Shown here one piece after another: positions 11,000 through 24,110 of a DNA stretch of 64,000 nucleotides. A model generated the notes under the pieces. That model did no database searches. It had not been told where the DNA came from and saw only the letters and a list, made by a program, of their open reading frames with translations. Source of the DNA: the human T2T-CHM13v2.0 reference genome, Homo sapiens; assembly GCF_009914755.1 (NCBI RefSeq), contig NC_060927.1, one strand, 5' to 3'. The position numbers were made by a program, and so were the translations under genes. The first letter of the stretch is position 1, and each line of letters starts with the position of its first letter.

Positions 11000-13900
11000 T
11001 TTAAATTTTTGAGGAACCTTCATACCGTTTCCCAAAATGGCTGTCTCAGTTTACTTTCCCACCAACAGTGAACATGAGTTTCCTTTTTCCACACCCTCAT
11101 CACACTTATCTCTTTTTTATATAATAACCATCCTAACAGTTGTGAAGTGATATAGTTGTTTTGATTAACATTTTTCTGATTAGTGATGTTGAACACCTTT
11201 TCATATACTTGTTGCCCTTCGTATGTCTTTTTTAAATAACATCTATTCAGATACTTTGGCCATTTATCAGTCGGATTGTTTTTTGACATTGAGTTGTGTG
11301 AGATTTTCATTTCACATATCAACCCCTATCTGACATACGGTTTGTAAATATTCTCTCCCACTCTGCAGGCTGCCTTTTCATTTTGTTGAATGTTTGCTGT
11401 GAAGAAGCTTTTTAGTTTGATGCAGTCTTACTTGCTTATTTTTGCTTTTGTTGCCTGAGCTTTTGGTGTGATAGCCAAAAAACCATTGTCAAGGCCAATA
11501 TCAAGGAGTTGTTTTCTCTGTGTTTTCTTCTGGGAGTTTTATAGTTTCAGGTCTTACACGTAGGCCTTTAATCCACCTTGAGTTGGTTTTGTGTACAGTC
11601 TAAGATAAGGGTCCAGTTTTATTCTTTTATATGTAGATAACCAGACTCTCACTGTTGCTTCTTCACAGGAACCCCTCTTTGCCCCAATTTTGGCCAAGTA
11701 TCTTCTACACCTCCTTCAAGTCTAAGTGCAACAGAAAATGCACCTTTCTCTGGAAAGACATTTATTGTTCACTCATAATTCTATCTTTAATAGACATATC
11801 CAATAGAATATACAGTTCGCAAGATTAAAAACAAGGTTTATATTGCTTCATAAGGAGCAAGCACATTTTTGAAGCACAGGGTAATTCTTGACAATAAAAC
11901 CTGCAACTCATTATGATTTTTAAGTTGTGTGAGATGTGGATACCCAGCATTTTCATGATGAGGCTGTGCTTTCTTACATTTTCAGTGATGAAGAAGACAT
12001 GCCAACAGAGGGTTAATTCCAGATAAAATGAAATGTTCTAAACAGTATGTATTGTTTATTTGAATCATCTGTGGGGGAAGGAAAGATAATTTTCCAAAGG
12101 ACATTCCTCTTAAATTCTGTCTTAAAGTTGTTTGTAAGTAGAAGATTGAGTTTATGTTACATTACAAGACTATAATGTCTTTATTAAATTCACTGTGCAA
12201 TCTTTAATCAAATAAGTAAACGCATTATTTGTTTCCAAGTTTGAAGCACACATTCTCTTCAGCTGAAATGCCAGTTCTGGAGGAAAACATATCTAATAAT
12301 ATATGAAACTGAAGGCCATTTTTACTTTTTATTATTCTTGTAGCATTTAAAGACCAAAAGCCTGTCTTATATCTAGTTGCATGTTTTCAGGAAATATGCT
12401 TTTTGAAACTATTCTCATGAATATGAAATTAACCTCAATAAATAATTTATTTTTGAAATCTTATTTCATGCTAATTAAGTATCTTTGGCCAAAACATTTT
12501 TAATCCTCTTATTTGTTCTTTGAGAAATTTTCACAATAAATTCAAAACTTTTAATGGAGAATATTTAAAAGGTCTTCTTAAAATAAAAAAAAAATTTACT
12601 TTTTTTCTTCATCAAAGTTGTGTATCCCTGTATTTCTAATGTTTAGGACATAAACAATTAGATGTGATTATGACCACTAAATAACTAAGAACAATATACA
12701 TTTTTAGATTTCAGGCTTTAAAAGTAAAACACTTGTTAGAATTTTATGGTTAAATCATGTTCTTTGTACCATGAAAGAAAAGAATAAAAATCATCATGTT
12801 ATATATCAAAATATAATAATGAGGTATCATCTCTCTCAGAGATCTCTGAACAACATCATAAAACCTGAACATGTTTCTTTTAAGTAATATTTGAGTGATG
12901 AAGGCATCAAAAACTTGGAACAAAATAAGATTAAAGCAGAATAATAGCTTAAAAATTAGGTCCAAATTCTAGTTATCTTGCCTGTGGCAAAACTTTGGTC
13001 AAGCAATTAACCTCTGATTTCTCATTTTCTTCATCTATAAAGACAGAAAAATTCAATTCATCCTACTTTGTCAAACTCTCTATGAGAAAACTGCATAACT
13101 TTGAAATTTTGTGGTAGCATATAATTTTTTAACCATCTAGATTATTAAAAATTCATTTAAAAATTAGCTATTTTTTGAAGTACAAATTCTAATAAATTCT
13201 ATAACTTTGAAAAAATTTTTCAAGTTTGGAAAACTTCAGGCTACATGGCTAAATCAGAGGGCAATACAGCATGTATACACCAATATATATAAAATTTTTC
13301 TTGTAACATTTTAGAGATTCTTAAGTTTTACAGAAGCTTATTCACAAAAAGGGTTGCTACAAATTCAAAAATAAGTCCTTCAGCCTCTTCCATTAATTAG
13401 AAAACATTATATAATCAGAGTTCCACCTATCCAAAGTACATAATAAAATATAGCATCCTGAAATAAGTATTTGTTATTTTTATTGGTTATGTTGTGAAAT
13501 CGAAGCTTATTGCAAAGTAAATCAAATAAATTATTCTGTTCTGTGCTTAGAAAAGTGAGATTTCAGACCCAATTTTAGATAATTCACCATCTTCATGGAA
13601 ATGGAAAATGTTGCTAAGTCAGTTATTTGTTCTTTTTTTCCCTTCTCCTGTGGGTCCAGTAAATGATTATTGAACAAATGGTTATCAAAAAACTATTTTG
13701 AGCAATATAATTTAGAAGCAATATTATTAAGACAAGCACTTTTAAGAGAGTTATGAAATATGCATAGAAATGATCAATAAAATCAAAATGTGTGAAATAC
13801 CACAAAATAGTATACTTGATTGTTATGGGAGTGCAAAGTTAAGAAAGTATTCTAAGGTAAATGTGAAGTTCTCGAAAGTACTTTTTGGCCATTGACCAGG

Positions 13901-14176
13901 ACCTTGTTTCAATGAAGGAAGCAAGAAGGGAACAGTGGGGCAGGGACACTGGACATCATGTTGAACAAATAGTAAAGACCAAAGACAAATTCTGGAAAAT
14001 GGATGGCATCTTGAAAGAAAAATTATGTTTGTGCTGCCAGCTTGACTTATTACTCTTATATAAGCAACTTCTAAATAAATGAAACCAAATTTGATAATGT
14101 TAGGGATTGCCTGGACAGAGACTTGGATTTTGGAGAAATGCAGGGCATAATTTTCTTGAATTCAAATCATGTAGAT

Positions 14177-14346
14177 CATTGATTCTCAAAGAGTGGTCTT
14201 TGAACCAGCAACATCAGTATTACATTGAGACATAAATTCTTGGACCCCTAGATCTATTGAATCAGAAACTCAGGAGATCTCAGCAATCTCTTTTGCAACA
14301 TGTCCTCTGGGTAACTCCATTGCGTAGTGGAGTTTGAAAACCACTG
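14177..14346. mobile_element. MER5A-like hAT-Charlie MITE
   Basis: Termini ca(t)tgattctcaaa ... tttgaaaaccactg, internal tgaatcagaaactc. Confidence 0.75.
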
Positions 14347-16923
14347 CTGTGGACAAACAACCTAAGTCCCTCTAAGGCAGTCTGGCACTGACTGTGGTAG
14401 CCCGTTAAGTGTGGCTCCTGCAGGACCATCCCTTGTTCACCCTATCTATTAAAGTTTAGTGGCAGATGAGAAGATAACAAATGATAGGGTACAACTTTGT
14501 ATCTAAACCATAATCCGTGAAAAAATCTATTTTCAGTCTTCTAATTAGAAGATACTTCACTCAAATTTAAGCTATTCTAAATAATAACATTTTCCTGAAG
14601 TAAGAAGACATAGAGTCAAAGGACCAGGCAATCAATTACTAATTAGTGGTTAGTTAACAAGAAATAAATAAAACTATTATCAGAATGTCATTTACATAGG
14701 CAAAGCATAGCCAGGTAGGTAGGTCGTATTAGAAGGACTATAAGATGGATAACTACAAATCTATTCTGTAACACTAGAAATTATAAAAATGACAAAAATT
14801 TAATTATCAAATGGACAAATATTGTAAGATTCCTTCACAGTGGTTTATCTTCATTACTGGAAGAGTGCTTCAGTACAAACTTTCCAGGCTCAGTTTGGCA
14901 GAATTTATCAAGAATTTAAAAAATATGGCCACTGACATAATAATATGGTTAAACAATCATCTTAAGGGAATAGAAATCTAAGCCAAGAACTAAAGAACCA
15001 GGAACTGAAAAGGCAAAAGGAACTAAGTGATGGAAGGAGCAAGAGGGAGAGATGTGAGACCTTGCACCAAAAATAAAACTTAAAACAACAACAAAAAGTA
15101 TAGATAGACCCTGTTACCTGAATATGAACATAAAGGAAAAGCAACAGTCAAAATTTTGTCTGGAATAATGGAAATTTTGAAAAAACAGGAGAGTAAGAAA
15201 AGGAAACTACTTTTATAGAAAGAATGTTAAGTTTGATTTTGGGTTACTGAAATGACAGCAGGCCATGGAAATGAAAGGAGCTAAGTAGCAGAGGGAATGG
15301 GTGATACGAAGTTTTAGATGGAGTGGCTTCCGAGTCATCAAATAAAAATAATAGTTGAGATTTCAGAGGTAGAAGAAAAGAGAAAATTTGAAGGCAGAAG
15401 ATTAAAATTAATTACCCAGGGTTAGAAAAAAATCATAAAAAAGAAGCCAGTAAAGATGGTGGGATAGGGCTCATGAGTAGTTAAGGTAGGGATGAGGGAG
15501 GAGAAAAACCATGGAAATGTGGTTACATAACACGAGAATAATATAGAAGGAAGGGGTAATTATTTTAAAGAAGAAAGTGAAGGAAAACAGCAATAGGTAA
15601 TGGTGAGGACCAAATACTGCAAACAGCTTACAGTTGCTGAAACTGAAGGGACATTGGGATTGACTATGGTGAGGTCATTGTGATTGCTGAATATAGTGCG
15701 TTTGGTGAATACAAAATGTAGAGCGTGAAAGAAGCAATATATGAAAACATTTAAACACAAGAAAGAATAGGTTCAGGCATTTGGTAGATGTAAAATATAG
15801 TAGGCAAAAAATGTATAGCAGTGCATAGAAGCAGAGATAAATTCAGATAAGTATTAATTTTTTGTTCAGAGGCACTCAGTTACAAAAGAAATTATGTTTG
15901 CTGTTGCAATTATTATCAGCATAATAGGAAGAAATATTATGCACCCCATATTTTGAAAGATAGGTGCATTTGAACAGTCGAGAGTAGCTATACTTCAAAT
16001 TAGCTATCTTGGGAATGTTTTGGGGGTTAAAATCCATTAATTAAGTAAAATTTATCAAAAATCTGTCAAAGTACTGTTGGTATCAACAGACAATTTAACT
16101 TTATGAATTATGGCTTGTCTTGTAATTCTATGTACTACTTCAAATGTATATTTGGCTAAACAGTGTTTCAGATTTTACTGTTAGCAGTTATTCTCTAATG
16201 TTAGGTAAACATTTATAATGTTTTCAATTATTTGAGTTTAGTTTTACAAGAGATTTATTGAAAAGTTTAGTGTGTTGTAAATTTCCATATTGCACAATAA
16301 GAGGCAGTTTTGAGAGGCTAAAATATGTAGATACATTTACTTTCACAACTTTTTAGACTTAAGTCACATTATATTTATTCGATGGCAATAGGAAAATGGT
16401 TTGTTGATCCCATGTAAAACATACAGAGATGTGTGTTTATACAGATAGTATTTTTGATAAATTGATGAGCTTTATTTTATTTTTGTCGGGCTATAACATA
16501 TTTTTAACCTGTCCTCAAAATATAAATAATAACAAGTAAAATGAACTATAATAATCTTTTTCACAATGGCTAAAAAAAATTGAATTATTTTTAAGATTCA
16601 TAATATATGCTTAAAATTTGGAAGAAGATACATACTTCGGGATTAGAATTGGCTAGATATAAAATAGTTGGCAGATATCTAGACAATTATCACTAGCATA
16701 GATTGGTTTATTTTGTAATTGGGTACAATACATGAATATTGGCAAATTGGGTAAATAAGGTCTGCCACAGATACAAATTTAAACATATTTGTACCAATTT
16801 AATAGTTTGTTGGCCTCTTTATAGGTACTTTTGCAAGGCCAAATTCTTTGTCAAATTATTTATATAAAAATGAATAATTTTTATAAATGACTAAGATATT
16901 TGAATATTTGAAGAGCAATTTTG

Positions 16924-17040
16924 TCTACGCTTTATTTATATGTACTAATATATTTCGGTAGCCTCTGTTTAGATCAATTTCATCTACTCTTTATTTATAT
17001 ATATTAATATATTTCAGTTAGTCTCTGTTTAGATCATTTT
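16924..17040. repeat. diverged 59/60-bp tandem duplication
   Basis: tctac(g/t)ctttatttatat...ctctgtttagatca at 16924 and 16983. Confidence 0.85.
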
Positions 17041-17699
17041 GAAATGATTTTTATTAGCATTTCTCAAGTTTTCAGACAACTCTTTTTTTCCCATTATTTG
17101 GCTATCACTAGTTACCAATGTTTATTTTTTCAAGTAATATGATCCTTGATATCAACAATTATGACATTTAATCAACAATGTGGTTGATGGAAGCCTTAAG
17201 AAAATTACCTGCTCTGATTACTTCTCAGTAAACAGGAGATGCTAACATAACCATATAGAAATAGTGTGTGACAATTAAATCCAAGATTATGTGTGTATCT
17301 GTGATCTATAATTTATTAGCATAAAATAACTAAACAACAAAATCCCATCTGGCTATAATTGGGAGAGATACTTACTAATGGGAGACAGGAAGTAGTATTA
17401 ATCTGATTTCTACAGGACTGGGGGGCTTTTTATTGGTTGAGCCTAAGTTGGAGACTGTTCTATTCCCATCAAATCCCAAGGATTTGGGGCCATAGAACTC
17501 CAGTCACTGCCATGCAATTCTGAAAATCACTGAATAGCAACTGTCAATGTACATGAAGCAGAAGTCCCATTGCCAGGTAATGGAGGTCTTTGGCTTGTGC
17601 CTGTGAGCCTTCACTGGAGAGGAGAGAATAGTGTCAGTATCCATGCAAATGGGAACAGCAGAAGCACAAGTTATAAAACTTAATTAAAAAGAAACTCTA

Positions 17700-18170
17700 C
17701 CAAAAATTTACATGTGACTATGCATATACTATGACCCAGAAACTCAATAAAAATGTGTACATGTGTTTAAAAAACTGTACTGAAATGTTTGTGTTAGCAG
17801 TATTCAAAATAGCCACACACTGGAGATCACTCAAATGCCCAGAAAATGTAGAAGAGATGAATTAATTATTGCACATTCATGCAATGTAATACTATTAAGC
17901 AATAAGATTGAACTACAACTGTGGGCTGTAGTTAAATGACTCTCCAAAATACAGTGTTGAGTAAAGAAATCTAGACACAGAAAGTACATACTGTATAATC
18001 CCACTTATACAATGTAGAAAGAAGGGAAATTTTTTGTGACTCTCAGAGCGGAAGAGAGGAACTTCAAAGACATTAGCAATATTTCTTATCTGATTTGACT
18101 ATTGGCTACATGGATATTAACGTATAATACATTCTCCAAATGTATTACATGTTAATAAAAATTTAAAAAT
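17700..18170 (+). mobile_element. old L1 (L1ME/MD-like) 3' fragment
   Basis: tatgacccag...gcagtattcaaaatagcc...actcaaatgcc...gtacatactgtataatcccacttata. Confidence 0.7.
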
Positions 18171-20329
18171 CAATTTTTCATTGTCACAAAGAAAGAATGG
18201 GTATTTTCAATAATTCATATTAAAAACCCAAATCTAAGGAAGTTTCCATTGTGACACAGAGCATTGTAAGACAGGGAGTGTGTAATATACGGAAGAGGAA
18301 TTAGAAACAAGAAGAAGACTCAGAGGAAATAAAAGGGAGAGAAATCCACTTATGAATGGCACAAACACGTTTCTTTGCCACATGTCTGTGGAAAGGGTTA
18401 CTCCATACCATAGACTGGAATAATTAAAGACTCATTATCTGTATGGTGTGTTTTATTTTTAGCTGGTTGCCTTAAAAGTTATGTTACCTATCAAGGAAAT
18501 TGCTTAGTGTTTGCTTCCCATTATGTAGCTTAGGTATTCTCATTTATCCCTCCCTTCTTTATAATGTGTTGTGTTGAATCACTCTTTCATATAATATCAA
18601 AGAATTGCAAAATAATATTTTTGTGCATAGAATTATATGATATGGTTAAAAGCAACCATTTCAGAGAAACATGCTAATTAACAACAGATCAAACACTTAA
18701 CGAAGGGAATTCTCACCTGGCCTTACTCTGTCTCACAATTGTGCCTGGCAACATAATAGACACTTGATAGGTTCTGATACGACTAGAGCACAGATCAGAA
18801 GCAAGGTCCAAACATACACCAAACACATAGCTAAAAAGTAAAGTTGAAAAAAATATTCATGGTCTGTGCTTGGTAGAATGGATTATCTCAAACTATTAAT
18901 ACTTGTCGGAAATATTTAACTTAAAGGTCAAATAGTTAATTGTAGACATAAAAAAGTTGCATCTCCATATTTGGTTTTCAGTTGATTCAGTTTATTTTTG
19001 AATCCATAAAGTTGGAAACTCTTCCTTTTTGAAAATGCTTAAAAATGTTTTTCTGCCACAAGCAACTCTTTCTACCATATTTTATACTAGTTAGAACCAT
19101 TATTTGGGTTTTCTTAAAATATAAGGATATGAATTTAGCTAAAGAAATGAGTAGGGGTATGCTAGTTGCAATTTAACTAGGGTGGATGAACGCTCATGAT
19201 AAGGAAATTTGAAAAGAGTGAACTGCCATATTGATACATACACATCAGCATATACTTTGTACTCTTCTCAAAGATCCAGAAAAGGTAGAGTGACAAAGAT
19301 AAATTGCATTATACATTATTTTCTGCTATTGATTATTTTCACTATTTACAACTTGTGGTATTTTGGGTAAAAATGAGACATTCTTGTATAACGCATGAAC
19401 AATTTTGAAAACAATGAGTAAATTATTATTGCTTTAACATTTTCTCATTGAACTTTTCAATTTAGAGACACTATCCTAAAACCAACTCAATGGAAAGATG
19501 TTATAATGTAAAGGAAGTTAAATTAGCAAGAAGTAATACAATGTTAGTTACAGTATGTTCCAATTTTTCAAAATAGTGATATATTACACATAAAAACAGT
19601 TTGTAAAGCTGTATCTGAAAAAATCAGCGATAGTAGTTTTCAGTAGATATTAAATTTTACCATCATAAATGTGGTGTAGAGAATTATAGTAACACTTGAA
19701 TTGGAATCATGGTGCCTCCACTTAAAAACTGGTTGGCTTTTGTTAAACATTTCACTTCTTTGTTTTTCTGTTTTTTCATAAGTCTAGTGAATACACTAAT
19801 GGGCTCTCCTTTTGCAGGGTTTTGTAGAGCAGTCAATAATTTTAAAAAAGTACTTACAATGCCAAAATTATTCAATAAGGTTTAGCTATTATTTTACTAA
19901 TATTTTATGTTAGCTAGTATTTCAAACTTCAAGATCTTTCATTTTTAATTTAATCTTCAATTGATGGTGTTCACCAAAATTTTACCTATGTTTTACCAAA
20001 ACATTTTCTAAATGCTTCACAATTTTAAAATAAAGCAAAATATTTAAAAAATTGATTAAATGAAGTGAGACAAAAAATAAAAAAGCTGTCTGAAAATTTT
20101 AAAATTTCTGTAGTTATGTATATTTAATATGAAGTATTTGGTTTTCAGCTTATTAATTGATATCAGTCCTTAAGAGTTAATAATTGATCTGAACTCTCAA
20201 CAGTAGTAAAACTGCACTGTTGTGGTAAAGACACATGCAAGTTCCATGAAACTTTTACCAACATCTAGTGAATAACTTTACAGAATAAACAGACACAGTT
20301 ATTTATACCAGTAATCTCTTTAAAGTGAG

Positions 20330-20740
20330 GTTTTGCTACAAACTTATGACATCTTATTGGCAAGCTCACATCTTGTTATTGAGTATCACTGGAATGGAGC
20401 GAAGTACATGTAGGATGGGGCATGAGTAAGTGCTTGTGCATTTTTGCTTTCTCACTGGCTCCTCTCCCTCCACCATGAGATCATACCCGGGTTAGTATTC
20501 TAAAGAATGAGAAATTAGAACGAAGGTGAATACTCTCAGCTGAGGGCAAACTATGTCAACCAATGTCTACTTGACCCACCAGCTGAAAACCGATGCATAT
20601 GTAAGATCAACTGCTCCCAGCTCAGAGAGGCAGGACCACTTAACTAATCTATAGACATTTGAAAAATAATAAATGGTTGTTTTAAGCCATTAAATTTGGA
20701 GGTGGTATGTTATAAAAAGTTATGGCAGTGATAACTAACA
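20330..20740 (+). mobile_element. old MLT1 MaLR LTR
   Basis: 3' end aataataaatggttgttttaagccattaaatttggaggtgg...ataactaaca. The 5' boundary is approximate. Confidence 0.65.
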
Positions 20741-23144
20741 GATACTCTATCATACTAGGATGGCATCATAAAGATATGTGGGACTGGTGAGGGATAAAGG
20801 GATGAATGAGCCTTATATTTTTAAAGTAAGGGAATATACACACATATATAGAGAGAGATAATAATAGACTTGCTTATTTAATTGTATACTAATTATCTTA
20901 TCCAAGACAGGCAGGGGAAGTGCTGTACAATTTCTTGAGTAGGCAGGAGAGAATAGGATCAGCCCAAGTGGATAGTGTTGAAACCCACAAGAATGGATAA
21001 GTTTATCTAGTAAGTGATTACATTGGAAAAATGGTTCCGAGGACAGGTTTTTTTCACAATCTAACCTATTGGGAGCACATGGAAATTCTCTTCTGGCACA
21101 TAATTTTTAGAGTTGTTAATGGAGATTTAGGACATAACATGCATAAAAATGCCTTGTCTACTGGGTGTCCAAAATAAGTTGGGTGCTTTATGTGTTTCTT
21201 GTGTCCCTTCAATGTCTATATAAACTTCTTAAGAGCCTTAGCATTCTGAAATTCAGATGATGACCATTAAAACACAACCTTTATTTCTTCTAAGCCTGAA
21301 AGCTACACATTGTTTTAGTTAAATTCTTAATTTCTTCCAAAGTATAAATTTTGTAGATATAATGTTGATATCCTTTAATCCAATATTTAGGAAGTGTGCC
21401 ATTTAATTTTATGTAAGTTGCTTAGTTTATTTTCTCACACTGTTTTTTCAAGAAATTCCATTTCCTAAAAAGTACCCATAGGAGCCGTGGATAAGGATAA
21501 AAGTGCTGAATTATATGCATCATACAAAATTAAAAATCAGTCAGTGACACTTTTCAAGTTATATAAACTTGTCTCACATTTGTAGTAGGTGTTTTCATGT
21601 TGCTATTAGCTGGATGAGTAGCAATACCAGTTGAAGTGCTCACTTTCCAAATTTCCAGACGATACAGGGCAAAGTATTTTGCCGTCATGGACTTCAGATT
21701 TCATAAAGTGCTTACGTTTCTCTTATTAAGTGAATCCTCTGAACTCCTAGAATGTATAAACTTTAGAGTATGTGGAACATGAGCCTCCCTCTCTGCCTTC
21801 TGCCTTCAGAATGATGTCAGTGCTTGAAAACGGAAAACACTTCAGCGTCTTTAGGGGTTCCTGATCCAACAATCACTTATTCCATTAATCTTCTATAGAA
21901 GCATTTCTGATGATGTTTGAATTTGACTTTCAGTCTGAGCCAAATGCATATGGCTTTTTTTTTCTGCTTAGTATTCATTGTCACACTTACTCTTGAAATT
22001 AAAAAAACTGTTGTGAAACAAACAAAAGTGGATAAGTTACCTCAAATCTTTTCATGCATCAGCACCCATGGCTGTGGAGGAAGCAGTAGTTTATTTTCAC
22101 ATGAAATATGTCGAGTTTCTGTAGTCAAACTATACAAAGCTGGGCTGCACCTAATTATTGGTATAAATTACATAAAGCATCTAAACAGTGATAATTTAGA
22201 AGACTCAAAGCATTGCTACTCACTTAAATCTGAAGAGGATCTGACTGGACACATATATCTCTGACAAAAAGTCTGAGTGCCATATAGATGTTTGTGTTGG
22301 CTTTCCTTGATTCTTGGCCAATAACCTCTCCCCACCACTTCTCTCACTATTTTCTGAAGAATACACTGTTAAGTGCAGGAACAAACATTATTAATAAGAT
22401 AGGGAATAATAACATGCATTATGAGATACACATTGATGTTAAAATAAATTAATATTTACACTTCTATGTAGAAAATATTTTTGCAACTATTTTTACCATG
22501 TGAAGTATTCAAATAAAGTATTATTTTGTGCAATAGAAACAAGATGGTTAATACTTTTTATATAATAACATTACAACTAGCTCAAATATTAGCCAAGTAT
22601 TTCTATTTTAATATCAGAAATGAATGAACAGATTATATTTGCCATAATGTAACATCATTTTCTGTATTATGCAAGATTAATGAAGACAAGGGCCCATGTG
22701 TTTTTTCAGCAATATTTTAGAGCATTAGCTTCACAGTGGTGAAGAAATTGGGCAAAATAATTACACAACCTTATATTTTATTCCTTGTCCTGCCATTCAA
22801 TTGCTGGAACTAATTATTTAACTATTCAGTTTCCCAAGTTTTCCATTTGTACAAAGGACTTATCTATCTCCTATAGCCTATATCTACATCATAGGGTTGT
22901 GGTGAGGAATAAAGTATGATGTACGTATATCTTGAAAGACAGTGTTAATTATATAGTATGTATTAAATGTTAGTTTTTGATTATTATTCACAAAAAATAA
23001 CTCGTGACTCTGTTGAATGCCTACTATGTGTGAGAGATGTGGGTTGCAGTTTATATAAATATTTTAGTTAAATATTAAATATTAATATTTGTATTGATAT
23101 TACACAAGTACTGTAACAAACTAATATAAAATTATTTAAATTGT

Positions 23145-24110
23145 TTTTTATTTTTATTATTTTTAAATTTTTTGTGGGTACATAGTAGGTGTGTATATTT
23201 ATGGGGCACATGAGATATTTTGATACAAGCATGCAATGTGAAATAAGTACATCATGGAGAATGGGGTATCCATTCCCTAAGCATTTATCCTTTGAGTTAC
23301 AAACAATCCAGTTACACTCTTTAAGTGAATTTAAAATATACAATTAAATTATTATTGACTATAGTCACCCTATTGTGCTATCAAGTAGTAGGTCTTATTC
23401 ATTCTATTTTTTTTACCTATTAACAATCTCCACCCTCTGCCCCCTCCCAAAAACCCCCTACCCTTCCCAGCTTCTGGTAACCACCCTTCTACTTTCTATG
23501 TCCATGTATTCAATTGTTTTGATTTTTAGATCCCACAAATAATTGAGAACATGTGATGTTTGTCTTTCTGTGCCTGGCTTATTTCAAGTAACTTAATGAT
23601 CTCCAGTTCCATCCATATTGTTGCAAATGACTGAATCTCATTCTTTTTTATGGCTGCATAGTACTCCGTTGTGTATATGAACCACATTTTCTTTATCCGT
23701 TCTTCTGCTGATGGACACAGCTTTCTTCCACATCTTAGCTATTGTAAACAGTGCTGCGATAAACAAAGGAGTGCAGATATCTCTTTGATTTACTCATTTT
23801 TTTTTTCTCTTTGGTATATACTTAGCAGTGGGATTGCTAGATCATGTGGTAGCTCAATTTTTAGTTTTTTGAGGAACTGCCAAACTGTTCTCCATAGTGG
23901 TTGTATAAATTTACATTCCCGCCAACAGTGTACAAATGTTTCCTTTTTTCCACATCCTTCTCAGCATTTGCTACTGCCTGTCTTTTGAATAAAAGCCATT
24001 TTAACTGGGGTAAGATAATATCTATTGTAGTTTTGGTTTGCATTTCTCTGATGATCAGTGATGTTGAACATCTTTTCATAGGCTTGTTTGCTATTCTTAA
24101 TGTGTTCTTT
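23145..24110 (-). mobile_element. L1MA1/L1MA2-like 3' end
   Basis: T-rich tail, then tttgtgggtacatagtaggtg...catggagaatggggtatccat. ORF 23861-24079(-) MKRCSTSLIIREMQTKTT is the L1 ORF2 C-terminus. Confidence 0.9.

Larger units (their letters stand above)
10000..11645 (-). mobile_element. L1MA (L1MA9-like) 3' fragment
   Basis: Antisense L1MA 3' UTR (aattaacatatccatcacc...agttat). ORF 11020-11322(-) retains L1 ORF2 C-terminal remnants KNNPTDKW and HCWWE. Confidence 0.85.

Noticed and set aside
11986-12044. Exon-like segment (ttttcag|...|gtatgt)
   Set aside because: It has stops in all three frames and a weak donor. A non-coding exon cannot be supported without transcript data.
15150-15760. 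Probable L2 relic, plus further MIR-like patches near 2.0, 13.0, 19.7, 22.8, 26.2, 40.6 and 47.8-48.2 kb
   Set aside because: Too degenerate to give reliable boundaries by eye, so not listed as features.
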